This document shows positions 22,727 through 35,176 of a stretch of 64,000 nucleotides of DNA, in pieces. Each line of letters starts with the position of its first letter. Position 1 is the first letter of the stretch. Below the pieces are notes generated by a model. That model ran no database searches. It was not told the origin of the DNA and saw nothing but the letters and a program-made list of their open reading frames with translations. The position numbers and the translations under genes were made by a program. The stretch is from Lama glama (taxonomy: Eukaryota). The stretch lies in assembly GCA_028534125.1 (NCBI GenBank), contig CM052832.1, positions 21,578,001-21,642,000 of the forward strand, read 5' to 3'.

Positions 22727-25700
22727 GGTTTTTTAAAAAGTAAACAATAGTCATCATTTAATAAAAATGATCAGGTATACGGAAAGAGAAGATGAACGAT
22801 CAAAATCAAGAAAAAGAAAACAGCAGCACAAATAAGCTGACGTGAGATCCAGGTATTGAAGAGTTCAGCATGGGCTTTAAGATAACAGTAAAGGTGTTCA
22901 AAAAATATAAGGAATTTCATTTTAATAATGGAATCTATTAGAAAGAATCAAGTTGCAACTCTAGAAATAAAAAACAAATTAACTAAAATTAGAAATTCCA
23001 CTGATGAGTTGAATGGCTGATTAAAAACAGATGAAGACAGTAAAGGAAAAAAATTCTACAGAAAAGTTATTAGAATAAATGAATTTTGCAATGTTGATGT
23101 GTGAAAGGTAAATATATTAAAATCAATTATATTTCTAAATGATAATAACAATTAAAAATGAAAATCATTTTAATAGTATCAAGGGCAGACATATGTAAGA
23201 ATAAAAACAGTAAATGATATGCAAGGCTTGTATACAGAAAACTGTAAAACACTACTGACAGAAATCAAGAAGATTAAAATAACAGAGAGAGATATTTCAT
23301 TCAAAGATGGAAAACTTGGTATTATTACAATGTCGATTTCCCCTAAAATGATCTCCAGAATCAATACAATCACAATTCAAATTCTATCAGGATTTCTTAG
23401 TGACGGTTGACAAATTTAGAAAGTCAAAGGACCAAGAAGAGTCAGGACAATTTTCAAGGAAAAAACAGAGTAGAAATCCTTAAACTGCCAAAATCAAGCC
23501 TTATAAGCTACAGTAATTAACTCTGATTTGGTGGAAAGATAAACAGACCAAAGGAACTCTAGAATGAAGTTCCAGAACAGATCTACATGTAAAGACAGTT
23601 GATTCATGATAAAGGTGACCAGGCAGAGCAGTGGGTAAAGGATGAGATATTCCATAAGTGGCGATAATGCAAATGAATATCCTTATTTAAAAAAAAAAAG
23701 TCTTGACCTCCACACCTCTTACCTTAAAAAAAAGAAATTCCAGTTGGATTGAAGATCCAAAGGTAAAAGAGAAAATTATAAAATTTCTTGAAGAGTACAC
23801 TGAAGAACAGTACATAAAACTTCTATAAGAGTATCTTCATGACAATGTGGGGAAGGTAATTTTAAACAGGACCCAAAAAACACTAAAACAAAAACATTTG
23901 ATAAATCCTATATAAAATTAACAATGTCTGCTCTTCAAAAGGCACCATTAAAAGAGCAAAAGGACTGGTTACAGAATGGAAGATATTTAAATTACCATGA
24001 CCAGCAAAGGACCTCTATCAAGAATACACAAATAATTCCTATAAAACAGAGGGGAGTGGGGAACAAACAAAACAGAGATAAACGGACAAAGGTCTGAATA
24101 AGCACTTCGTGAAAAAGTATACCCAAATCTCCAATAAACGTATAAAAGGTATTCAATATCATTAGTTAACAGGGGGATATAAAAACCACAGTTAGATTAC
24201 ATTACATTCCCACCAGAATGGCTACTAATAAAAACATAACAATGCCAGCTGTTGGCAAGGATACAGAGCTGCTAGCATTTTCATCTATAATGCTGTTGGA
24301 ACTGTAAATTCAACTATTTGGAAAAACTATTGGGCAGTATCTAGTAAAGCAGAGCAATTATACTTCCTATGACTCAGCAACTATACTCCTAGCTAAACAC
24401 CCAGCAGAAAATATTTACATACATGAGCCCAATAAAAGATACAAATAGAAATGCTGACAGCTGTACTCGTTGTGATACTAACAATGGAATGTTGAAAAAG
24501 CTCAATTCGTCTTTCACATTAGGATGGATAAATTGTGGTTTGCATGCAATGGAACACTACATAGCAATGAAAATGGATGAGCTACAGCTACTAGCAAAAA
24601 CAAACTAGTCTCATCAACACAATGTTCAGTTAAATTAAAAAAGTCAAACATTCAAATACCGATGAATGATCATTTACATCAAGATCATTTACATCAAGTT
24701 TAAAAACAGGTCAAACTAATGTACGGTGCCAGAACGAGGGACAGTGGTTTCTGCTGGGGAATGGGAGAGGACAGTAGGGAAAAGGCACAACGGGATACTG
24801 CTCATGTTCTATTTCTTGATCAGACTGGGGGTTACATGGAAGTATTCACTTTATGAACATGTATAGCTGTGTATTTTTCTGCAGGTATGCTGTAGTTCAA
24901 AAAAGTGTTTTATTAAAGAAGTAATGTTTAAAAAAGAATGGATTAAACTATAAAGACCATAGAACAGTAGCTTCCAGGAGCTGAGGATGGAGGGAGTAGA
25001 TGACCACAAAAAAGTAAAAGCGAGTTTTGGGGGGCTGATGGAACCATTCCGTATCTTGATTGTGGGAGTAGTTACACTAATGAATGCATTTATCAAAATT
25101 CAAAGAATTGTATGCCAAAAAGAGGTAATTCTGCTGTATGCAAATTATACCTCAACAAAAACTGTAATTTAGATAAAAAAGTAATGAATTAATTTGACTA
25201 CTTTTTGTGTTTGTGAAAAATTCATGGTAGCACATAATTTGTTTTAATAATTAGAAACAAAGCGTAACACTTTCAGTTAAAAAATTCTACTTTCTCTTAA
25301 GGCTTAATATTTTTTCATCTTTAGCCAATGAATCTAGAAACCAAATGTTTGTTTGAGGCCATTAATTTCTTGGGCATTCTGGAAAACAGTGTGCCTTTAC
25401 TGGATCTCAGACTTCTTCACATTTATTTTAAGTCATCTTACTCTAATATGTCTACGAACATGTAAGGATGAAATTCAATTGAGATTCATTGTGAAAGCAA
25501 CACACATCTGAGACAGAGAGACAGCATAAAACCTACCCTATGGAAAAGCAGGAAAACCATGGGACCCCCCCAGTGAGTAACAAATTATGAAAAGGGTCTC
25601 TTAAGAAGCAGGGAAGCCTCCTTTGCTCATAGATATTTAAATTTTGCCTTATTTTGAAACATCCAAGGATTTATCTTATACACACAGGTAGCACTAGATA

Positions 25701-25951
25701 TTAGTTAAAATTTTTTTTTCCCAGTGTCATCTGAATTCTACTCTTCAAGACGAAAAAATAAAGTGATATTTTAGTTCCTAAGGTCATTTAACTTACCAAA
25801 AGTCTCCCTGTCCTGACCCCAACTGGGAACAAACACTCCATATTTTTAACTTAAGGGTTATACCATGAGCCAGTTGTGTTAAGGTAGGCAACATAGTTCC
25901 ATTTTTATAGCTACTGGCTAAATATAATACCTTACAAGAAAAGATTCTTAC

Positions 25952-26132
25952 CACTTGTGCTGGAACTTGTTCCATTTTTGCAGCAGGAGTTCCTGGTCTT
26001 GGGTAAAACTGGTTAATAAAGAGGCTTGGAAACTTGTATTCTTCAACAAGTTTCACTGTTTCTTGAAAATCTTGGTCTGTTTCTCCAGGAAAACCACAGA
26101 TAATGTCTGTAGCAATAGTTATTCCAGGAACT
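25952..26132 (-). CDS. CDKAL1: CDKAL1 internal coding exon (181 nt), C-terminal part of the radical-SAM methylthiotransferase domain
   Basis: Minus strand reads ttttctag|A GTT CCT GGA ... GCA CAA GTG|gtaaga. One nt completes the upstream codon, then 60 codons: [60 protein letters not shown]. Contains the MiaB/MtaB-family motifs TDIIxGFPGET and YPRPGTPA and matches recalled mammalian CDKAL1. Canonical AG (26134-26133) and GT (25951-25950). Confidence 0.98.
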
Positions 26133-28114
26133 CTAGAAAATAATAAGACAAAAATGTAAAAAGTTGACTACAATCCATAATTATTCTATTTCCTTGACAT
26201 TTTAAGTACCACTATTTCTTTAAAAATTAAAATTTATTTTTAGGAAAGGGACATTTGCAAGCAGTTTTAAAGAGCCCTAAATACTAAAAGCCTATTGAAA
26301 ACACGGCCCCTGTCATCCTCAAGAGATACCCATTTTTCATTCTTTGAGATGTTTCCTTTATCCTTTCGTCTATAGTTTAACATTGATGCTTTTCCTGCTA
26401 TTTCTAGATTTACTGATTGTTAGGCAATATTTACTGACTTCAGTGAGGATTTAGCTCTTTAAACTACTCTATCCTTCCCCTCCCAACATAGTCACTGCTC
26501 AATTTTTAGTTAAATTAATAGTATGAATAGTATTTCCATTGATAATAAATTCTAGTAACTCTTTCTCGCTTTCCAGTTTTCGCTTTCACAGCTTACTGTT
26601 TTTGTTTTAGAGGTGCAACACCTTTTCTTAACTCTGAGGATACAATGAAACTTCTTCAGTTTTTCCTCTGCTCACTGCATTTGTGTCTATTTCCTCCAGG
26701 TTCTTGTATTCTGGCCCTTCTCAGTTGTAATTAAGACCTGCCATGATATAAAGCGATTCTCGGTGCCCTTTAATACCTAAGAGTAAAGCACTAAAAGCTT
26801 CCCATCAGGGTGACTGGGTGGCAAGCTGCCTCTGTTTTTCACAGGCCCAAATGTTAGCGTCTTGGAAGTCATTTCTCTCTGGTCGTTGAGTTTCTCCACA
26901 GGTAAACCCCAATACTCTATCGCATATTAACAGTGTAAAAATAACAAAGAACATTAACAGCATTCAAAACTGCAGTATTATCTTGAATCCATGAACAACA
27001 GGAAAAATAGCCCTAAACATTTCGAATAACAGAAACCTACCTATATGCCAATTTTTTCTCTCACTTAAACACATTTCTATGTGGATGAATAAAATAATTT
27101 ATCTTACTAAGCTCTATTAGATATTTTGGGGCATAAGAGAGAACAAAGGATCTAACAATGAGAAAAGTCAAATTACTGGACTCCTGATATAAACAGCTTC
27201 ATAAAAACAACAGTTTTCCATACTTTGTTTGAATAATACTTTAATGTCTCTGTTGAGAGGATGACAAATTAAAAAAATATTTTTCTTGATCTCTACTTAG
27301 TCTCATCCAGCTATTAATCTGGCTGAACTTTAATTAGTAAGAGAAATGTCAATGTCTGGAACTTTTCTCTGGGATGATAAATAGAAAAAGAGACAATATC
27401 CATTTAAAAAATGAAACTATTTTGAAAAAAATTTTATTGTGATATAAAAACAATTTTTCTCCTTTAAGGGTAATTATCAAAATTACTTTTGAAAATCATA
27501 AACATGTTTTTACAGTTAGCTGTAAATTAAAAGACTGTTTTTCTAGACTTACTAAAGCATGCAAAATGAAAATGTCAATAACTTCAATCAGCAAATTTTT
27601 ACACTTGACTTATAACTACTCCTGAACAAAAGAAATCCACAACTAAAGATAAAAGTAATAGATCACAGCAGAAATGACAGAGAAGAGAATATCTCCCCTA
27701 GGAAATTTAAAAAAAGAAATCTGAGAAATTGCCTGTGAGACAAAGACAATTGGTCATTGTCCTAGGCTATGAATTGGAGTGAACTTGGCACTAGATTATG
27801 GGGCATTCCCAAAGGAAAGTACCTTACTGATACTCTCCCCTCCCCCTGCACCCTTCTCGATCCAACAGAGTTGAGCTCAGTATTATGCAACACCTGTTTA
27901 CTTTGGCCTTAAGATCCACAGTGAAAAAGAAAAGACAAACCTTTATAGGTGTAATCCCAAATGTTAATGAAGGGGGTGTTCAATGCATAAATATCCTTGA
28001 TAACCTACACAAAAACTTGACTGACAACAGGAGTGGGGGTAGGCCACTATTAATTAAAGACCTAAGCTAGTCAGTGTTTAAAAGTACAAGCAGATTAAGT
28101 TTCAAAGAACCTAA

Positions 28115-28250
28115 GGGAGCGCATAGCTCAGTGGTAGATTGCCTGGCTAGCATGTACAAGGTCCTGGCTTCAATTCCTGATACCTCCACCAAAGTAATAA
28201 ACAGATGAACCTAATTACCTATCCACCCCAAAAAACTGAAGTTAAAAAAA
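28115..28250 (+). mobile_element. Second, more diverged camelid-type tRNA-derived SINE
   Basis: gggagcgcatagctcagtggtag...aaggtcctggcttcaattcc...acctaattacct is colinear with the copy at 2790. Confidence 0.85.
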
Positions 28251-28859
28251 ATTATCCAAGTACATAAGAATGTAAATTGATTACCCACAAAATGTTTTCT
28301 AAGTAGAGACTACACTTTCATGCTGAAGCTCATCTACACATTATTTTGTACATTCAAATCATGCTACTGAGGGTCCTCAAAATAACTGGGTTCCTCAGGT
28401 GAGCCAAATAAAAAAATTCACATTTACACTGTTACTTTACTTTGTAAATAGTTTTCTTCAGTATATGAGAAAACTAAAAAAGTCTGAAGCGGACCAAATT
28501 CTAAACTACCTGCATATGATTTAAGTGGCTATGAGGATATTTTAAGGGGTGTAAAACAGGATATTAATCCAAATATTTAATACACTAAATGTGAGTAATT
28601 GCTGTTTTGGAGATGGTATGAATTTTCAAAATACTAAAATTTTTAAGAACGATCATTTCCACAAACTTACTGAAGCTGTGAGTCTAATAAATATAATTAC
28701 TAGGTATTACGGCTTTTTAAAATTTAAAAGACCTTCTATATTTGTATTTTCATACTAGCATTAATTCTGAAAGAAAGATGAAAATGAAAATGTTCAATTA
28801 GCCTGAATATCAGAAATTTTGACCTATTTTTTCTGACTTTTACCAGCTATTTATTCGCA

Positions 28860-30605
28860 AAAAGTAAAAGGCACTACAGACACCGTATTAAGGATATGTT
28901 ATAAGCAATTTTATGTCAACAAATTAAAATCTTAGATGAAATGGGCAAATTTTTTGAAAGATATAAATTATAAAAACTGACTCAAGAAACAGAAAATCTG
29001 GATAGCTTTTTATCTACTACAGAATTTGAATTTGTAATTAAAAATCTTGCCACCAAAGAAAACAGCACAAAACAACACAGGCTTAGATGGCTTCACACTT
29101 AAGAGAGGATAAAAGCAATACTACAGAGACTATTTCGGAGATGAGAAAGAAACTCATTTTACAAGTCTAGTAGTAGCCTAGGAAAACTGGAGGAAGAGAC
29201 AGAAGTAACTCCAGACCAATAGTTCTCATGAACACAGAGACACAAATTCTTAACAGAGTATCAGCAAAGTGAACCATGAAACATGCAAAAAGTACGGTAC
29301 ACTATGACCATGTGTTTAATATCAGGAACGCAAGGGTTGGTTTGACATGTAAATATCAATTAACTCAGTAAGTCACATTAAAAGAATAAATGATAAAAAC
29401 CCCACAGTGATCTTAGTACATGCAGAAAACTCATTTTAAAATTCAACACTCATTCATGATAAAAACTCAGTGAACAAGAAGCAGAAGGAAACTACTGCAA
29501 CCTGATAAAGGGTCAACAGCTACTACCCTATTTATTGGTGAAAGACTGAATGCTTTTCCACTAAGAACAGTAATGGGGAAAGGATTTCTGCTCTCATTTC
29601 TTCAATTCAACATATTACTAGAGGTTCTAACCAATACAGGAAAGACAGAGAAATAAATTAAGCTGATTCTAAAATTTATATGGAAATGCAAATGACTTTG
29701 AATAGTTAAAACAATTTTGCAAAGGAACAAAGTTAGTGGAATGGAGGAATGGACGAACCTGACATAAAGAATTACTATAAAGCTATAGTAATCAAGACAG
29801 TGTGGTAGCCATATAAGGACAGGTCAGTGGGACAACACAGAGTCCAAAAATACATCCACACATTTATGGTTAATTTTCAACAAAATTGCCAAGGCAATTC
29901 AGTGAGGGCAGGAGATAGCATTTTCAATAAATGGTGCTAGAGCAATTGGATATCATATACAAAAAAAAAAAAGACTTAATTAGATCCTTGCCTATATTAT
30001 ACACAAAAAGTAATTCCATATGAATCATAGATATAAATTTAAGATCAAGAATTACTCCTTCCAGAAGAAAACATGGGAAAAAATATTGGTGACCTTGAGT
30101 TAGGTAAAGATTTCTTAGCTACAACACTAACATCAAAAGTACAACCTATTTAAGAAAATTGGATAAATAGATAAATTGGACTTATTGAAAAGACACCATT
30201 AAGAAAAAAAAAAGCCAAGACTAGGAGAAAGTATTTACAAATCATATATCTGATAAAAAGTTTTGTATTCAAAATATATTAAGTACCCTCATGGCTCACT
30301 AATAAGAAGCCAACACAACTGTACAACGGGCCAAGGATCTCAACAAGCACTTCACTAAAGAAGATATATAAAAAGCTAATATATGCATGAAAAGTTGCCC
30401 AACATCATTAGTAATCAGGGCAGTGCAAGTTAAAACCATACAAGATGCCACATACCCAGTAGAATGGCTATATTGAAAGAAGACTAGAAAAAGACATTGA
30501 TGTGCATACTGAGAAATGGAAACCCTTATCCATTGCAGATGGAAATTTAAAATGGTGCAGTTCCTTTAGAAAGCAGTTTGGCACTTTCTTCAAAAGTTAA
30601 ACATG
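28860..30605 (+). mobile_element. Ancient L1 ORF2 remnant (RT region to C-terminus, with deletions)
   Basis: ttagatgaaatgggcaaatt, ggtgaaagactgaatgcttttccactaaga, tactataaagctatagtaatcaagacagtgtgg, acccagtagaatggcta. Confidence 0.88.
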
Positions 30606-30691
30606 CTGCTGTCCAGTTTTCCCAACACCATTTGCTGAAGAGACTGTCTTTATTCCATTGTATATTCTTGCCTCCTTTGTCGAAGATTAGT
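30606..30691 (-). mobile_element. Young L1 ORF2 fragment running into an assembly gap
   Basis: gctgtccagttttcccaacaccatttgctgaagagactgtc...cctcctttgtcgaagatt looks little diverged and retains a CpG. Confidence 0.85.
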
Positions 30692-31191
30692 NNNNNNNNN
30701 NNNNNNNNNNNNNNNNNNNNNNNNNNNNNNNNNNNNNNNNNNNNNNNNNNNNNNNNNNNNNNNNNNNNNNNNNNNNNNNNNNNNNNNNNNNNNNNNNNNN
30801 NNNNNNNNNNNNNNNNNNNNNNNNNNNNNNNNNNNNNNNNNNNNNNNNNNNNNNNNNNNNNNNNNNNNNNNNNNNNNNNNNNNNNNNNNNNNNNNNNNNN
30901 NNNNNNNNNNNNNNNNNNNNNNNNNNNNNNNNNNNNNNNNNNNNNNNNNNNNNNNNNNNNNNNNNNNNNNNNNNNNNNNNNNNNNNNNNNNNNNNNNNNN
31001 NNNNNNNNNNNNNNNNNNNNNNNNNNNNNNNNNNNNNNNNNNNNNNNNNNNNNNNNNNNNNNNNNNNNNNNNNNNNNNNNNNNNNNNNNNNNNNNNNNNN
31101 NNNNNNNNNNNNNNNNNNNNNNNNNNNNNNNNNNNNNNNNNNNNNNNNNNNNNNNNNNNNNNNNNNNNNNNNNNNNNNNNNNNNNNNNNNN
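30692..31191. other. Assembly gap (500 N)
   Basis: Run of N. Confidence 0.99.
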
Positions 31192-33081
31192 ACACTGACT
31201 ATAATAATGGGATGTTTACAAGTCTGTATGCTATTCACCATAAAAATTATAACCAGGAGAGACATTAAACATTAAGTTCCTAATCATCAAATATTATACA
31301 TGCTACAAAAACCTTTATCAAATCATGCAATGGACACATCATACATTATAGGTCATCATTGTATGTTGTCCATTAAAGCATTTTAAAGGAAAAAACCTGA
31401 AACACCAAGAAAAATATAGCTTTCAGAGTAACAGTGAAAAATCTAAGACTGAAAGGTAACATGATACAAAAACTCTATTTTATTAAATTGGAAATTCAGT
31501 TTAAAGGGGTTACATGATTTTAAGCCTGAGTTTTTTATTCAAACCTTCTGTTTCAATTACTTTTTACAAATTTAAATCTGGTGATGGTGTGCATATTTCC
31601 AATAAATACAACAGCGTGAGATCCCATACTAGCAGGACACCTGCTAACATCTTTTATTCATGTACGTGTTCCCAGTGCAAAGCAATTATATTATTTCAAA
31701 TATTTTAAAATGTTTCCTATTACTGCCTAACATAACTGCAGGTTACCTTACAAATCACTGCTTTCCTTTAGCACTCCTTCCATCTAAATCTCTGAGAAAA
31801 AAGACTTATTTGTGGTGCTGTTTATAGAAGTCAATAATAGCTCACAAGTAATCTCAGACTGGTTTACTTGCATCTGATTATAGACGTGAGAATATAGCTT
31901 CCTATCAAATGCAAGAAAAAGGCATGCATATATAGATTTTGTTTCTTATCTTGATTCAGCTCTTTGGAACTGGTTCCCAATGTTATAAATTCTGGAGCAG
32001 GAAATAAATGCTAAAAGTTAGTTATTTCAGCTCTGAAAACTTTGCAATACTCAGTATTCTCCTATCAAAGGATAATCATCACATGGGCAACTGCATTCTT
32101 GTCAACTTCTCACCGGCAGGAGTGAACATGAAGGTACAGCAGGGTGTGATGCTAGAAAGAGTAAGGAGCGCAAGCAATCAGGGAGAGAGTGATGTGTGTT
32201 TATGTCATATTTTTCTACATTTGCTGAAATGACAGTCATTTAGGTCTAACTCACAATTGAAAATGGTAAATCTGAAAGGCAATGAATTTCTTTACACTAA
32301 TTTTTGGTCACCCATTTTTGGGGATATATTATATTTGGGGGAGGAAAGATTAGCTTTGAAGATTAATAAAGAAATCTTATTTTTAGCATTGAAATAAGGA
32401 TCCCAAAGTAGAACAGTATTTTTTTAATAAATCTGAAACTGTTCATTGACATACGCCTAAAGTGATGAGAATTTTTAATGAAGCTCTCCAAACTATTTAA
32501 ATCCATTATTTATATGATGTATAAAGTATTGTTTGCAGCTGCTATCTAATTGTTAATAGTCCATTACTTACCGTATCCCTTTTTTTATCTAACTTTCTCC
32601 ACGACGGTGACTACTCAACAAAAAAAATATTTTTAATCTCAACTTGACTAAGAGACGTTCATCTAAAAGAGAACAGTCTCAAGCCAAGCTTTATCACAGG
32701 GGCACAGGACTTCAGGCCATTATTGTTTTATGACTAAAAAATGAATGACTTAAGACAAAAAGCTCAACATCCTTAAACTTCATTTCTATTCATTCTCTAA
32801 TAAATACCATCTGTTGTGTACTTTAGGGATATAATACCCGTCAAAAACTCCATCGTATTATGAGAACCGGCACCAAGTTGATCTGAAATGCATATTTGAA
32901 CAGATGTGTTTAAATTACATCTCCGTCTATCCACATGCATAAATTCAGAGCAAGCGTGTGTTGATTTAAAATGCATAAAAAAAGGGATTTGGAGATGCAT
33001 CAAAAGTGAAGAGCATCTTGACGGATCAAGGCTCACATTACGAAAGGTCATTACTAAAAATAAAGTCTGCATTTAATAAGG

Positions 33082-33100
33082 GTTGCACCAGGGGGCTGTT
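33082..33100 (+). promoter_or_regulatory. Candidate CTCF motif
   Basis: gttgCACCAGGGGGCtgtt: 11 contiguous matches to the CTCF core CCACCAGGGGGCGC, with mismatches at both ends. Motif only. Confidence 0.3.
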
Positions 33101-34429
33101 CATGGGAACTGATTTAATGTTTGTTGCACAAAATCAGCCACTGAAACTACACTAATTTTTTACAACTCCTCCATGTAAAACATTAAAACCGTCACACATG
33201 GGCAGAAAAAATGGAATAGAAGACATCAAAATAGAGAAAATTATATGGCATGTCTACTGACTGACATTGGTTTACATGGCTCAGTCCCCCACGTTTTAAC
33301 CATACTTCGCATTTCTCCAAGAAAAAACTATCTGAGTGGTTTCTGTAGGCATAATACTGTTCTGATTCCATTTTTTACAGACATGCTCCCAAAAGTTAAA
33401 ATTAATTAAATCCTCCAGGAATTATGAAGTTCATCAATGTTTAGCAAGAGATTAAACACACAAAAAATAAAAGAATGAAAGTTAATTAAATGTTCCCTAT
33501 ATTCTACAAGGTGCTCATTTCTAGGCTGGCTTTTCACCATCAGCGTGAAGCTTACCGGTGAGCTGCTGAGAACAGTGCCCATTCTCCAGGAGGGTAACTG
33601 TATAAAAAGAAAAAAGCTAACTGCTGAGTGAAATTCCTGATTATCAGCATTATCAACAAACGCCTAGTTAACTCATAGCATTTTACATGATCTACATGTA
33701 CAAGCAGCTCGTGTAGACTCAGCTCTCAAGGTAGAAGCTGAAGTGAGAATACACTCATTCCTGAGTATCTACTCCTAGTTGCTGCTCCCCAAACCAGTGC
33801 TGCATATACTGGACAATTAGTACTTTATTTATTCACTGATGAGGAAAGTGAGGATTCAGGGTAAAACTGATAGGGGAAAAGCTTTATAAACCGGCCACTT
33901 TCCAACTAAACCTTTAAGGTACTATGGCGTGTTTGGGCTGTTTAAGAAAAATGACCACTTCAAAAGGATTTTCAGATCTGTACAAAAAGGAGATTTTTGA
34001 GATACAAGAGGAAAGTCAGCTTTTTCAGAGTACATCTAGTCTCTTAAAGGTGTAGATTTACAGTTCTTCTAACTGATAGATTCAGAAAATTCTGTGAAGC
34101 TTGAATTAATTAACAAAGGGACGGTAATGAAAGTAAGCATGGCTAGTGAGTGTAGTAATAACCACTAGGGGAAAATATTCTTTTTAGTAAACTTCTAAAT
34201 ATGTCCAGATTTAGAATTTGTGCTAATTATTCTGTTCCCCGCCCCAGCCAGCCATTCCTGCCCTCTCGGCCCTGTTGTATGCTGCCCCAGAAAGCTGACC
34301 CCACAGAGTTAGAACATATGGGCTCCCATTCATGTGTCATACAGTCCAGCTCCACCAGACGGCCACTCCCTTCTCTCAGGTCCCGGGCTTTCTAGCCTGT
34401 AGCCAACCCCCGCCCCCTAAACATTCTCC

Positions 34430-34740
34430 TTACTGCTCCTCCAAACCTGTTTGGCAGAGGTAACTCTCACTCATTATTCAGGCCTCTAATTAAAAGAGTA
34501 TTTTCTCTAGGAAAACTTCCCTGCACTTAGACTATATTCAGTGCCTTTTCCAAGCTGCCAAACTCTGTATTTTCTAATGTTCCATTATAATTGCTTGTTA
34601 TTTCTATGTTTTCTCCACGGGACTGTTAAGTCCCTGGAGGACAGTGACTGTGCCTGTCTTGCATGCCACTACTTTCTCAGAGTCCAGCTCAGTGCTTGGC
34701 ACAAAGTAGGTCCTGACTAAACACTAATGAGTTAATGAAA
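34430..34740 (+). mobile_element. L2 3' end
   Basis: gactgttaagtccctggaggacag...cagtgcttggcacaaagtagg...gttaatgaa. Confidence 0.75.
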
Positions 34741-34999
34741 GATTCATTTAGTTCCCTTTGTAAGGAGGAAAAATCAAACCGCATAAATAATTTTTATTGT
34801 GGCCTGATTGTCAACTTTTCAGTTGAAATAGGTGAAATTAAATATTTACATGATACATTTAACAAAATATTCCAAGATAAATATAAATTACATAATAATC
34901 TTTCAAAATAAGTGGCAAAGTAAGAGATTCACTGAAGAACAAACCAGTTTGAATGAGACTGCTACCTACAGCTGAACTTTTGAATAGAGTAGATGCCAT

Positions 35000-35176
35000 C
35001 TACCTGTGGCTGTTTACAGGAAAGTGAATTAAAAGCAAATTTAAGATTCAGTTCCTCAGTTATATCAGCCATCTTTCAGGTGTTCAGTAGCCACATATGG
35101 CTACTTTTTACCATATCTGACAGCATGGATAGAGAATATTACCATCCTTGCAAAAAGTTCTATTAATAGTACGGTT
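35000..35176. mobile_element. MER3-like hAT MITE
   Basis: attcagttcctcagtt...agtagccacatatggcta...gacagcatggatagagaa...aaagttctatt. Confidence 0.72.

Larger units (their letters stand above)
21346..24920 (+). mobile_element. Ancient, internally deleted L1 (L1ME/L1MD-like) with nested younger insertions
   Basis: L1-type 5' start (ttctgcttctggc), decayed ORF2 (MQGLYTENCKTLLTEIK at 23219; cattcccaccagaatggct) and 3'UTR-like sequence to ~24.9 kb. Confidence 0.82.
293..25951 (-). other. CDKAL1: CDKAL1 intron (25,659 bp, GT-AG, phase 0)
   Basis: Bounded by GTAAGA at 25951 and CAG at 295-293; the flanking exons join in frame. Confidence 0.93.

Noticed and set aside
25793..26056. 87-aa ORF as a stand-alone gene
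   Set aside because: It is part of the CDKAL1 exon plus intron read-through; the start is an internal GTG.
30578..31265. Long ORFs of 181-206 aa (and those at 55519-55742)
   Set aside because: Artefacts of translating N gaps.
32566..32620. Strong donor ACG|GTAAGT as the missing upstream CDKAL1 exon
   Set aside because: The upstream sequence does not encode CDKAL1-like peptide and lacks a good acceptor.
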